Source of the DNA: Hamiltosporidium tvaerminnensis FI-OER-3-3
Lineage: Eukaryota > Fungi > Microsporidia
NCBI GenBank assembly: GCA_022605425.2
Contig: JAKIMF020000001.1
Location: 2,604,001 to 2,668,000 of the forward strand
Direction: 5' to 3'
DNA: 64,000 nucleotides
In this document: positions 1 to 11,536 of the stretch, one piece after another
Layout: the number at the start of each line of letters is the position of its first letter
Numbering within the stretch: the stretch's first letter is position 1
Translations under genes and position numbers: made by a program
The notes under the pieces: generated by a model
Database searches by the model: none
What the model was told of the DNA's origin: nothing
The model's input: only the letters and a program-made list of their open reading frames with translations

Positions 1-897
1 GAACAAAGTACCTTAGATTCAAGAATTAGAAATCAAAATAATTATTCTTGGGATTTTATTAGAACTGTAAAAGAATTTATACAAATAATATCAACAAACT
101 TGAGCGATATTAATAGGTTATGGGAAGTATTAGATATTTACGATTCTTCCCTAAATGAACATCTTCAAGCAATTTTAATGGGTATGACATGTTTTGATTT
201 ACAAACCATCGATAAAATTCTTGCAAAATTCATCAATATTCATTATATGAGCAGCAATCTTTATAATTATTTAAAAGAATTGCAATTTTTATTGGAATCA
301 ACGAGCTCTAATGTTTTAAACGCATTGAATAGTTTTACTTACCCAGAATCCGAAATAAAAAATTCTTTTCATTGTTTATGTGAAAAAATTAGTGAAGTAC
401 AAAAAAATTGTGATTTAGTCGACCGAAAAAAAATATTATTTATAAGTACATTTCACTACGCGAATAGGGATGAAATGATTTACGACAGTGAAATTCAGTT
501 TTGGAAATATAAATTTATTCAGGAGCGTGACAGATATAATGCATACATCAATAACACCACAACTACTAATACTTTATCCAATCCAGAAGAAAATATCTTT
601 ATATATAAAAATAGCTCGGTTGATTTCGAAAACTCATTAAATAGTATTTTAAATGAGCTAAAAATATGTTCCGCTGCGTATTTACAATTGCTCAATATAA
701 TTAAAACCATTCATGATAATAAAAATTACCCAGAAAATCTTAGTACCGAGGTTAGTAATAGTTATGAAAACCAAATAAAAAGGCTAAATCATATCCTGGA
801 ATCCACAATAAATGATTTACAATACTATTTAATATCTTTTGTATTTTCTCGTTTCGAACAAATTAATCTATTTCATGTTTCTTTTTTTTTCAAATAG
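1..897 (+). CDS. Hypothetical protein, 5'-truncated by the window edge
   Basis: The frame is open from base 1 (EQSTLDSRIRNQNNYSWDFIRTVKEFIQIISTN) into the 100..897 ORF, whose listed start is only a TTG. Ends at TAG. No recognisable domain. Confidence 0.7.
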   Translation, partial: EQSTLDSRIRNQNNYSWDFIRTVKEFIQIISTNLSDINRLWEVLDIYDSSLNEHLQAILMGMTCFDLQTIDKILAKFINIHYMSSNLYNYLKELQFLLESTSSNVLNALNSFTYPESEIKNSFHCLCEKISEVQKNCDLVDRKKILFISTFHYANRDEMIYDSEIQFWKYKFIQERDRYNAYINNTTTTNTLSNPEENIFIYKNSSVDFENSLNSILNELKICSAAYLQLLNIIKTIHDNKNYPENLSTEVSNSYENQIKRLNHILESTINDLQYYLISFVFSRFEQINLFHVSFFFK

Positions 898-1424
898 ATT
901 GTAGCTTATTTAATTTGAATTTATTTTTTTTATCGTAAAATGTAGATATGAGTGTCGTTTTTCATACTTAAATTTTCTTTTCTTATTTTAATCTCCTTAG
1001 ATTTATTTTTTCTTTTGTATTTTAACAGATGAAGTTGGTATACCTCAATCGCCTGTACCATATATTTAATATTTTAGGCGGTTTCTTCTTGTATTTTCAA
1101 ACTAGGAGTATTGTATGGAAAATTATAAAATTTTGTTTCTTTATTCTTTCTATAACATTTCGGCGAATAATTTCGATCTTTTATTAAGCTTTTTTGAACA
1201 ATAAAATAAATTTTATTATATTTAGACTAGAATCATATATATTTAAATTTCTATCCCATCTGATAAAACAGCAGGTCTAAGACTTGGTTATAACCGGTTA
1301 TAACATATCCATATCAAACACACAGCAAATTATTTAAATAGATATTGTTAATAAGATTGTTGTCTCATACGATTAAATATCATATCGTTTAATATGATTA
1401 AATCACTTTATGATTGTAATTATG

Positions 1425-1665
1425 TAGAGGGAGGATAACCACATTAAAAACTCACGGATTGGTAATGAATATTACACTTCTAATTGAAATAATTGACGCC
1501 ATTGTGGTGGAGTATAAACCACACCTGATCTATAGACCAATACCCAATAATCCCGAGTCACAACTGATTAAAAGAAACAGATGGAAAAAATTCATTTGTT
1601 CATTCTCGACACTGAGAGGTAAAAGAGGAATAGAATAAGTAAGTAAGTATGATTGAAATTCCCCA
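1425..1665 (+). mobile_element. Dispersed repeat, probably a decayed CCHC/RLE region of a second non-LTR family
   Basis: Shares gagggaggataaccacat...tggtgga..ata.aaccacac with 9835-9935. About 150 bp match the reverse complement of 25235-25395 (ctcgacactgagaggtaaa...aatagaata.gtaagtaag). The patched peptide FILDTER resembles the RLE segment DIFILD. Confidence 0.5.
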
Positions 1666-2989
1666 TTGATTTCAAATTAACTATTAAGCATCTCGTAAAG
1701 TTATTTAATGCTGAACTATTTTCCATCATTTATTTTTTGTACAAATCTTCTGTTATATTCATATTCCTATATGTTTGACATTGTTTCTACACCCTTATTA
1801 GATGCATCATTTCCTTACCATTTTTATACAATTAAGTCTTTCTTACAAAAATAAATAAACATGCGTCTTGATAGAAAAAAATCGAAATGAATATCATCAG
1901 AGAAAGAAAATAAGAACTTCACATTTTGAGAAAAAAACTCGGCAATATTCTTTAGTAAAGAAAGAGGTATCATAAAAAGTTACTGTACAAAATATATATA
2001 TATGAATAACTATAAAAGAACTAACTATAATATAGCCAGAAATAATCTTTTTACAATAATATTACATATAAACGTTTATTTTTCTTTTTTATATTAGCGA
2101 TCCTATTTTTAAGATTCGACTGGTTGATTTGGGAATTGAAAATTTATACTTAGAATCAATTTTTTAATTTAATCCTTTTCTAAGTTGAAATCACCTTTTT
2201 TTTAACGGTTTCTATTCTCAACTAAAATTATATATTCAGAAACAAGCGAATTCATTATTTAGATGTTTCGATCTACTAATATTCAAGAGGATTCCTACAA
2301 TTCGAATAACTGCAAACTTATTTGAAATAATATCTAAAAATTGAATAATACGATATGTTGAAATTAGATAGACAAAAATATGCAATTCGAAGTATTTAAA
2401 ATAATAATAAAATCTTTCTTATCATGTCTCGCTGTAAATGTTGAATACAATAATCAATTAAATAAATTATTGTACATAATCAGCATTTTGAAATGGATGA
2501 AAAAATCGAAAGGAAAACAAAAAAAATTTATAACCTCTAAAGATTAATGATTAATGTTAAATTTTCTTATCCAAGACTATTTAAACAAACAATTAACAAT
2601 GATTATACTAAAGAAATTATATATTTAAAAAAAAATTCATTTATAATTGAACTAATTTTATATTATACTTCAGAAATTATTTATATGGGAAATGAAGCGA
2701 AATAAATGAATCATTCCGAAATTTTAATTTTCAAAATATATAAATTTTAGAAATATTATTATATTAGAGTTTTGCTTTAAGAAAAAAAGAAATGCTAAAA
2801 ATTTCCTTTTAAAATTAACATAATTTAAAAAGAAACATTTGATTTTTTAAATGAATAAGAGTTGTGGCAATTTTTGTTGTATTATAATCACAAGAGGTTA
2901 AATAATTTAGAAAATTCAAGCAAAGAAAGTATTTGTGAAGGCTTCATTTATATTTAAGTAAATTATATAGAGATTATAGTGGAATAAAT

Positions 2990-3452
2990 ACTTATTACTC
3001 CGCAGCGCTGCAGCCTTTGAAGAGCTGAGGATCTTTAACGACACTTCTCCATTCGTCTCTATTCTGAACCAAAATTCACCATTGCAGCACATTAAGTTTC
3101 ATTAGATCTTCCTCGGCATTATCCAGCCATCTTTTTCTGAAAATGCCCCTTCTTCTCTTTCCTTCCGTAGGTTTTAAAAATTTTATTACAGCTCTCTCAG
3201 TAGACATTCTTTCTAAGTCTCCGAGCTACAATAGTCTTCTTTGTTTTATTAAGTGGCAATACTGGATTCTTGATATAATTCAGAAATCATCTCTTAATTC
3301 GTTCTAATTATTCTCTCGTTATTTTCGGAAATTGGTCTATAAATCCTTCTGAGTATCCTTCTCTCACATATATCTTTTCATCTTTTTTTGTCAGCACCAA
3401 TGTTTCGGAAACATACATTCCGTAGACCTAATAATAGTCCGATAAAAAAGTG
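2990..3452 (-). mobile_element. 5'-truncated, decayed RTE-clade non-LTR retrotransposon (C-terminus and 3' tail)
   Basis: Patched minus-strand translation: YRTIIRS.MYVSETLVLTKKDEK..ERRILRRIYRPISEN..IRTN*E..ELYQE..IKQRRLL*LGDLERMSTERAVIKFLKPTEGKRRRGIFRKRWLDNAEEDLMKLNVLQW*ILVQNRDEWRSVVK..ALQRL. This is the typical RTE post-RT C-terminus, followed by a gtaataagta tail. Confidence 0.88.
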
Positions 3453-3615
3453 CGATAAATATTTTTACGAATTAGTGTTTTAATTTTAATTTTCTATCAA
3501 AAAATCATATTAAAATAAATATTTATGATCGATAAAAATTTAAAAATTTATTTGGCTTGATATTAACAGTATATTTAAAAATTATTTATTAATTTAAATC
3601 GATCAGTCTAAAGCT

Positions 3616-4842
3616 TTAATTAAAAATGTGTTTCAATAATATAATTCCATTTTTTAACGAAATCCCAGGACAACATGCCCAACCTGAAATAGAAAATCTT
3701 TTAAAGAGATAATCATAGTTACTATGTAAATAAAAAACAACATAATTGTCACGTAATACTTTAAATCGATAAGTGCTAATATCTTCATATACACTATTCC
3801 CAGCTTTTAGTTTATTATCATTCCTTAGAGTAATACTTACTCTAATCTTAAATCCATATCTAAAATAGGTGAAAACATTGTGTCTACTAGAAAATATAGG
3901 TTCCTGATGATAGATAAAATTACTTGAAAAACCATCAAAACCCTTCAAGGAATATCTATAAAGCCTTAATTTAAAAGAGAAATACTTAGATATCTTTGGG
4001 CTGCTATTTGATATATTTGTTTTGTTTTTCGTTAACTCAACCTCAAAACCTTCAAATCCGTAAAAATTATAGTTATTTTTTAATAACATTTTTCTAAAAT
4101 CATCATTTAGATATTCTTTTGGCGTCTTAATGATTGAAATTTCACTATCAATAATTCTAAGAATTATAGTCGAAAGATATCCAAATCCCATTACAACACT
4201 TGAAGATACAATCTTTTCAATAACCCATAATTCATAGTCTCTGATAGGACAATCTGAGATTATAACAACAATAGAAGATGTTCTTCTATGATCAAATTTA
4301 AGCTTACTAGGATAAATCGAAAAAATTTTTTGAAGAGAAATGATATAATCATTATACGAATATGAAGCTTTGTTATATATTGATTTTTTTAATATTTTTT
4401 CAAAAAAATTACCAAATAAATTTCTTTTTCGTGTTCTATAGAAATAGCTACTCTGCTTACAATTTCCTGGATCCACCCCATCACCAAAATTGCAGTTTTT
4501 TACTTTGGAGATTAAGAAATCAGTTAAATTATCATTCATTTTCAATACGGTAGTATAAAGCAAAGATGTTTTTGATTTATCCCAAAATGTATATAGAGAC
4601 GTGTATTCGGTGAATTTCAAATTCATAGTACTTGATGTAAACTTTACTGCCATAAAAAATCTTTTATTAATACTTTTCTTCAATCTTTCTATAAATTTAT
4701 TTTTAAACATGATTACACGCTTGTAAATAACATCATCACAGCCACATGATTCTATATTTTGCGCCGAGATCTTATCATTTGTAGACAAATATATTTGTTT
4801 TAAAAAGAACACAAAAATCAAAAATATCTCTCCTTTTACCAT
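3616..4842 (-). CDS. Hypothetical protein with N-terminal hydrophobic (signal-like) segment, ~408 aa
   Basis: Long ORF. The first ATG is at 4842 (MVKGEIFLIFVFFLKQIYLS), with a GGG ~9 nt upstream. The ORF-track start at 4929 is a TTG. Confidence 0.7.
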   Translation of the reverse strand: MVKGEIFLIFVFFLKQIYLSTNDKISAQNIESCGCDDVIYKRVIMFKNKFIERLKKSINKRFFMAVKFTSSTMNLKFTEYTSLYTFWDKSKTSLLYTTVLKMNDNLTDFLISKVKNCNFGDGVDPGNCKQSSYFYRTRKRNLFGNFFEKILKKSIYNKASYSYNDYIISLQKIFSIYPSKLKFDHRRTSSIVVIISDCPIRDYELWVIEKIVSSSVVMGFGYLSTIILRIIDSEISIIKTPKEYLNDDFRKMLLKNNYNFYGFEGFEVELTKNKTNISNSSPKISKYFSFKLRLYRYSLKGFDGFSSNFIYHQEPIFSSRHNVFTYFRYGFKIRVSITLRNDNKLKAGNSVYEDISTYRFKVLRDNYVVFYLHSNYDYLFKRFSISGWACCPGISLKNGIILLKHIFN

Positions 4843-5865
4843 AACAGACACCCTAGCAATATAATAAAAACCAATAAAAATAGTTTTTAAAATATTAAGA
4901 ACACAAACATAATGACCAGATCGGTCCAATCAAATTTAAATTTACAGAAAAGGAAACAAAAAACATTTTTTTTAATCTAAAAAAATTTTTTAATATTTTT
5001 TTCTATCGATAAGAATTTTAGTAAAATAAATATATATATAATCGAAATTGTAAGCAAATAAGTTTCATAAATATTAAGAAGTATGGTAAAAACTTATAGA
5101 CTACTTTATATAACAATATCTTTATACAAATAAATCATAAATCGGAATAAAATATAAAAAGTGATGTCAAAAGTTCCTTCTATTCCATATTTCCTTCAAA
5201 AACATAAAAACATAAAAAAATCAAAATATCAAATTTTAATATATTTAATAGTTTTGTTTAAAAAAATTTTCAGATCAAATTAAAAATTAAATTTATTTTT
5301 TAGTGGTTTTTGCTTGGTATTCATCCCTACTAATTTAGTTCACAAACTTGTTCTAAAAAAAATAAGTATTTAAAAGAAATGAAATGTGCAAAAACCAACC
5401 ACGACTCATTAATTAGAATTTAATCGATAAAAAAAATTATTTTAATTTACATTCGTTTTCTGTAGAGATTATAGAATTTTTAATATTTCCAAAAAAAGTA
5501 AAAAAGAACTAGAAAATTAATTTAATTCATTAAATAAAGAATTTCGTTGGAAATTTATTCTCTCAAAAGTATTTCTACGAGTTCAATTAAAAAAGATATG
5601 AAATTAAGAAATTAGACAAATATGACTCTTTAATAATTACCGTACATTATTTTTTTCATTGTTTTTTTATTTCTTAGTTGATTATATAAATTTTATATAA
5701 AATATAAAATATTTTATAGATTCAATGACATTATTTTTAACAAATTTGAATGGAAAAATAACATTTATCGATAGTCAAACGAAACAAAATTTGAAACAAG
5801 TTTCAAATCAAAAACAAAATTTTTAAAAATAAATTTAAATAAAGAACAAAACAACAAACAAAAAA

Positions 5866-6933
5866 ATGGTAGAAAGAAAAAAATCAAGAATGGTAAATAT
5901 ATCACTTGGAACTGTCTTATTAGATGATAATGTTGGGTTTTCTTGTGTACCTGATCAAATACGAAGAAAATCGATAGAAAATGGTTTTTACATCAACATG
6001 CTAGTATTAGGAAGAAGAGGATTGGGTGCAAAAACTTTAGTAAATTCAATATTTGCTTCGCCTTTGTTAGAAAGGTCACGTACAGACGAAATAAATGTCA
6101 TAAAAAACCAAATATTTGAAAATGAAATATGTTTGGATACTTGTATTGCCACATATCATGGTAATGATACTAATCTAATAACAAATTATATCTATAATTT
6201 GAATAAAGAATATTACGAACAAGAATTAGGATTGTTGAGACCAATAAAAGATACAAGAATCCACGTCTGTCTATATTTGATACCGTCAGATAAACTTTCT
6301 GAAAATGAAATAAGTATGATGAAAGAAATTTCAAAAAAGTGCAATCTTATTCCGGTTATTACAAAAGCAGATGCATTTACACCCGAGGAATTGGTTGAAT
6401 TTAAGGAATATGTCAACACAATTTTAGAAGAAAACGAAATCACTATTTTCAAACCACAAATCTATGAAGATGATGATGAAGAATTTATTGAAGAAACAAA
6501 GGAGATAAATATTAGATATCCATTGGCGACGGTCGCAAGTGAAAATATTTTTGAGAAAGATGGTGATTTAATCAGAGCTAGAAAATATGCATGGGGACTT
6601 ATTGACATAGAAAACGAAAAAAATAATGATTTTATGAAATTGCGAAAACTTTTAATTCATTTTCATTTAGATGAGCTTATTAATCAAACAGATATAGGAT
6701 TCTATGCCGAGTTTAGAACAGATTGTGCAAAAGATGAGTCTAATATCGATTCTATTAAAAAGAAGAGACTAGCTAAAATTAGAAACGAAATGGATAAAAT
6801 ACTTAGAGAAAGAAATCAGAGAAAAATTGAAAAAATTAAATATGAAGAAGAAGAAATGGAAAAATATTATAAAAAGAAGATCGAGAGATTAGAAAATGAC
6901 ATTAAAATGAGTAAAAAATCGGTGGTAGAATGA
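5866..6933 (+). CDS. Septin with a divergent GTPase domain and C-terminal coiled coil
   Basis: Septin motifs VGFSCVPDQ..GF.INMLVLGRRGLG, DTRIHVCLYLI, NLIPVITKAD (G4), YPLA, RARKYAWG.IDIEN..NDF.KLR; K/E-rich tail. Confidence 0.95.
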   Translation: MVERKKSRMVNISLGTVLLDDNVGFSCVPDQIRRKSIENGFYINMLVLGRRGLGAKTLVNSIFASPLLERSRTDEINVIKNQIFENEICLDTCIATYHGNDTNLITNYIYNLNKEYYEQELGLLRPIKDTRIHVCLYLIPSDKLSENEISMMKEISKKCNLIPVITKADAFTPEELVEFKEYVNTILEENEITIFKPQIYEDDDEEFIEETKEINIRYPLATVASENIFEKDGDLIRARKYAWGLIDIENEKNNDFMKLRKLLIHFHLDELINQTDIGFYAEFRTDCAKDESNIDSIKKKRLAKIRNEMDKILRERNQRKIEKIKYEEEEMEKYYKKKIERLENDIKMSKKSVVE

Positions 6934-7479
6934 ATAAAGCTTAGTACTTTCAGTTTAAGATTTTATTTAGTTTAGTAAATAATTGTCAATCCCTCTATAT
7001 TAACTATAATATCTATTTTAAACGTGTTTTTTATTTATAGAATGTATGAGATTGTTATAAAGGATAAATAATTTAACTTATTTAAAATCAATGGATAAAA
7101 AATAAGAATTTACTAAAGAATTTTCTTTTATACAAAATTTTGAATACTTAGTCTTGGGATTGAAAAAAAGAATGAAAATGAAATATAAACAATTTACTCA
7201 ATGAAAAAGGGAAAATCTAAAGATTTAAATTACTAAAATAATATTCAATCTGATTTATTTTACTTGCTTTTTGTCCTTTGTTCTATTCTTTTGAATTGTC
7301 TTATGGGTTTTCCAACTCTCTACAGTAGCTTGATTAAAATTTCGATTACTTTTTGTAATCTACAATTCGGTGTGGAACATACATATTTCTTACCTACAGC
7401 TATAGGCATGTTGATACTTACGTGTAACTGTGATATTGATATATGACTAAGTATTTCTGGTCTTTGTACATAATATTAT

Positions 7480-7680
7480 CAAATCTTCTGTTCTCCATAA
7501 GTCTTTATTTATGTTGTTTCTCGCGTCATCGATTAAAAGGAAATGGTTTGACGCTTTGTCTAAGTGTTACCGGCTAAATATACGCATCAATTCTCACTAT
7601 TGTTTTGCGGTTCAAACGATATTTAATGATATTCAGTTACAATTAAAAAAATTGTTTGAAAAATTGCCAAGTCAAATAAA
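7480..7680 (-). mobile_element. Old 3' remnant of the R4/Dong-like family
   Basis: Patched minus-strand peptide YLTW..IVTEYH..RIDAYI*PVTLRQSVK..FNR matches YVMTWDGIVTKYH..NVEAYIQSIVLKKTVETISFDRR of the 36.5-40.3 kb element. Confidence 0.6.
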
Positions 7681-7778
7681 TTTGACAAACTCAAATTATT
7701 AAAAAAGATAAGAAATATTTTAAATAAATGATATTTTATAATTTAGTAGATATAGTAAATAAGCAAAAAAATAAATGT

Positions 7779-7954
7779 TATTTGACAAATTTTTGACTAT
7801 AAAACTATTTATAAAGAAGTACATATAGTAAAATACTAAAGATACGATTTTTGAAGTATTTGGCAAATTTTTGACTATAAAACTATTTATAAAGCAGTAC
7901 ATATAGGAAAATACTAAAGATACGATTTTTGAAGTATTTGGCAAATTTTTGACT
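7779..7954. repeat. Tandem repeat, 78-bp unit, ~2.2 copies
   Basis: The unit tg(a/g)caaatttttgactataaaactatttataaag...gaagtatt starts at 7783, 7861 and 7939. Confidence 0.95.
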
Positions 7955-8378
7955 TTCAAAATAGTGAAACGTAGCATCCCTTAAATCAAATAAAAGAAGT
8001 TTCAGATAATTATAGACTTTCCAGATTATTTTTTGTTATATAACGACATTTACTGTAAAATTAAATTAGAAAAGCCGTAAAAAACAGATAAATAAGTTTT
8101 TATCACTATATTTCTATAAATTTACTCAAAGGAGAAATGTCATTCTTGAGTTTGATATAATTTTGACGTTTTTCTAAATTATAAAACTCGAAGCATTTTT
8201 AATAATGAGATCTACGATTTTAATTATTTTTAATTTATCTGTTCAAAATATAGAATTAAGTTGTCAGACAAATTAATTAAAAAAATGGTTTTTAGATAAA
8301 TTTTAGGAATTTTCTGATCGAGAAAACAAAATGATAAATTAATTTTAAAACTATAAATAAACCATTTTTTTAGAAAGT

Positions 8379-9050
8379 ATGACGTATGGAATGAACCCGT
8401 TTGGATCGATAAATATGAAAAAGGCATTACAAGTTGTTGGAGACAGTGATTATCTCAGAAAAAAACGAATTGAGTTTTTAAAAAATAGAGAAAGATACTT
8501 AGAAACGAGTACCAAGATGACCGAAAGCCATAGAGAAATGGAATATATCCTTCTTAGAATAGAACGTAAATTATTTTTTAACGATATTGAACCCAGAATA
8601 CACCGGAGAATCATGTCAGAAAAACCGATATTTCCCGAGAATGGAGATCTGGTTGCACACAATTATGAAACGAATCTTAAAAAAGTACATGACGATGGTT
8701 TCAATGCAACTCACAAACAATGTACAAATACAACCAAGAGATCAACTATAGAAACTATGAAAGCAAATCAATCTATATTTGATCAACAATCCTTAGAAAC
8801 GCTTAAAATCCGTAAAAAATATCCTTGTTTGTATGTAAATTGCGAAAAAAGCTACAAAAACGCCAACGGCTTAAAATACCACTTAAAATATGGCCATACT
8901 CTAAATCCAGTCGTGAAACAGTTCAGATGTGATGTCGAAGGCTGCATAAAAAGTTATAAAAGTATAAACGGACTACAATATCACAAAATCAATGAACATA
9001 ACCACAAAAAAATCTTCAAATATTATGATTCCGATAACTCATTCTATTAA
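8379..9050 (+). CDS. Sfp1/JAZF1-like C2H2 zinc-finger protein
   Basis: Two C-terminal fingers, CLYVNCEKSYKNANGLKYHLKYGH and CDVEGCIKSYKSINGLQYHKINEH. YKNxNGLKYH is characteristic of Sfp1. Confidence 0.85.
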   Translation: MTYGMNPFGSINMKKALQVVGDSDYLRKKRIEFLKNRERYLETSTKMTESHREMEYILLRIERKLFFNDIEPRIHRRIMSEKPIFPENGDLVAHNYETNLKKVHDDGFNATHKQCTNTTKRSTIETMKANQSIFDQQSLETLKIRKKYPCLYVNCEKSYKNANGLKYHLKYGHTLNPVVKQFRCDVEGCIKSYKSINGLQYHKINEHNHKKIFKYYDSDNSFY

Positions 9051-9824
9051 TTGAAAAGCATTTGTTTTAAATTCATTTAATAAATTTAAATTTCCATTTT
9101 TTTATATAATCCATATAATAATTCGTTATTTTTCAAATATATTGCACATTAAACAAAAATACATAAAAAAGTTAATTCATAGATCCACCAAATGAAAAAG
9201 AAATATTCAAGATACAAATTTGCTTCATTAAAATACTTAATACATTCTTTTAATAATTTTCGTCTCAGTCTCATTTAATTAATCATCAAAACTTTATATT
9301 TATTTTTTTAAAATATTTTTTTTACTAAATTCAATTCTTTTTAGATTCTTGATTGCTGATTTTTTTATTTGTAAATACTTTGTATTGTATATGGTACTTT
9401 AGAAATTTATACACCTTACTTATTCCGGTCTTCTCGAATCTTTTAGTATTCAATATATACAGATTAAACGCAGACATATTTTCTCTGGCGAATGTCCTGG
9501 CATTTTCTGAATTTATTTCTCTTCCATCTAAAGTTAGTTTTAATAAGTCAAAGCATGGTAATTAATATTTATGTACATCCTTCTAGTTCTACAATAAATA
9601 TTTCCTCTATCTAATATACATATAAGTCAACTCAATAAATTATGTTTCTATATTTAGAATTTCAAAAATTATTTTAATGCAGGAATTTTAATTGGTTCTG
9701 TATTACTTACCTTATAATTATGCTATGATATTCTTTCCTAAATTATTTCTTGTTTCTGGTGATTACTTATTTTTCTTCTAAGGATTCAAATGTATTTAAT
9801 TATTTTTTATATTTATATTGTCGG

Positions 9825-10425
9825 TTTAGAGGTGGAGGGAGGATAACCACATAAAAAACTTGATGCTTGGCAATGAGTGTGTGAAACTGGTGTGAGGTCA
9901 TTGTTTGGATTTTTGGTGGAAATACAACCACACTATATCTTCGGTTGTTACATGGAAACTGTTATGGGGAGGAGAGGTCTAAGAAATGCAGAAACTTTTT
10001 CTACGATTCATTTGTAGTTTTTTATGGAACCGGATTGCAAACACCATTTTAAATTTTAGGAAATTACCATGTAAAAACATGGAAACCTAGCCTTGCTCAC
10101 TCGGGTTAGAAGACTTAGCGCCTGGGAGATATAAAAATAAAACCCATTAAAGCCGGGAGAGCTAAGTAGCAGGTTATACCTGTTGGTATGGCGTTGCACT
10201 GTCTAGGTGGACCCCATGTAAGTCTCTGAAATATATCTTAGCTAGAAGTTTATTTGGTTCAGAAAGTGTAAAGTAAGTGGGAATGCTGCATAGTCTTGGG
10301 GAGCCCAGGGGGGCTTCGGCCTTCGATCACACACCATGCAACGGACATTAACGAACTCCGGGCAACTGCCTCGCCTATTAATTAGGTTCTACACACCTGG
10401 TAGATGAAAGGCTTTGGGACGTAGG
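9825..10425 (+). mobile_element. Decayed C-terminal RLE region of a second non-LTR retrotransposon family
   Basis: GC-richer island. Patched peptides KY.LARSL, IVLGSPGG and LGSTHLV..KALG resemble the RLE C-terminus KYxxLAxEL..PIVVGALG..LGTxxIxRKxL. Partial homologs at 1425-1530 and 59545-59660 (-). Confidence 0.55.
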
Positions 10426-11129
10426 TATCGCAGGGGTTACTGATGGAGTTTTATGGTAGCAGTCATTTATGTTAAACCTAGAAGTGCGTTAATTCATGAA
10501 AAAAAATGTAACACTTGCCACTATTTTAAAAAGATGTGATACTTTTTTAATAAATTGTCGGTTTATAAAATAAATATTTACATATTAAGTAAATTAAAGA
10601 AAATAATTGAGCAAAATAGAAAATTAATTGTAATAAAAAAAACTAGATTATTAGAATATAAAGATTTTTAATATTGATTTTTAAAAAATATATTACTAGC
10701 AATATGAAGATTTTTTATATTGGTTTTTAAAAAAATATATTATCTATTCATAAGAAATACGTTAAGTCATATTAAATATAAAGTAATAAAATTTGAAAAT
10801 ATCTATAACACAAATTAAAGAAAGTAAATCTTGCAAATATATTTAATTTGGTATGGAACGCCTTTATTTTTGAACTAAACAGTATTTTTGATTTTCTTTT
10901 TTTACAAATAAATTTTTACGATTTATTTGAACGCAAAAATTTTAAAAAAAAGCAAGAACACAGACGAAAAAGAACTGAAAACTACTTTTAAAACCCATAG
11001 TTCTTATTTTTAGAATACTATGAATAAATTATATAAATTCTTTTTTAGAAATTAAAAAAAAGTAAATTATTCTAAAATAGATAAATTAAAATCAATCATT
11101 TAAATATGAATTATTTATAAGCCTCAGAA

Positions 11130-11536
11130 ATGAAGCTTTTATTACATTGTTTCACAATATTAACGATTGGTGTGACTGTTGGTGCATTTATATGCTTATC
11201 AAAAATAGGAGCATTTAGTAATAATATTTACACTTTTTTTTTCAAAATTTTTTTACTGATGCTTCATATTCCCATTACTGTACTCTCAATCCTTTCTTCT
11301 ATGTCGTATTCATAGCTTTCTATTCATCCATGATTATAATTACAGTTTTACACGAAGTATTTCAGAATACTTCAGGAAGTTTTCTCAACAAAAATCAAAG
11401 AGGCTGGAAGATAGTAACTTTTGTTCACAGAGAAATGATTTTTATCCTTGTAATTCAGTACATGATTTTTCTTAAACCAGGAACATGTCTTTACGATCAA
11501 AATGTCAGACATAAAGGTATTAAACCAAACCCGTGA
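11130..11536 (+). pseudogene. Possible small multi-pass membrane protein split by a 1-nt frameshift
   Basis: Adding one T to the ttt at 11293-11295 joins ORFs 11130 and 11330 through a continuous hydrophobic stretch (ITVLSIL-FFYVVFIAFYSSMIIITVL), giving ~135 aa. Confidence 0.35.

Noticed and set aside
1030-1200. Possible further LINE 3' remnant on the minus strand
   Set aside because: Needs too many frame patches to support by eye.
1287-1304. 18-bp palindrome gttataaccggttataac (similar word near 56490)
   Set aside because: Short, and no element boundaries or function can be tied to it.
10280-10430. Structured ncRNA or ribozyme (c-UUCG-g hairpin ggggc-ttcg-gcctt; RNase P-like words)
   Set aside because: No complete hammerhead, HDV or RNase P/MRP core found, and the region reads as a decayed RLE coding end.
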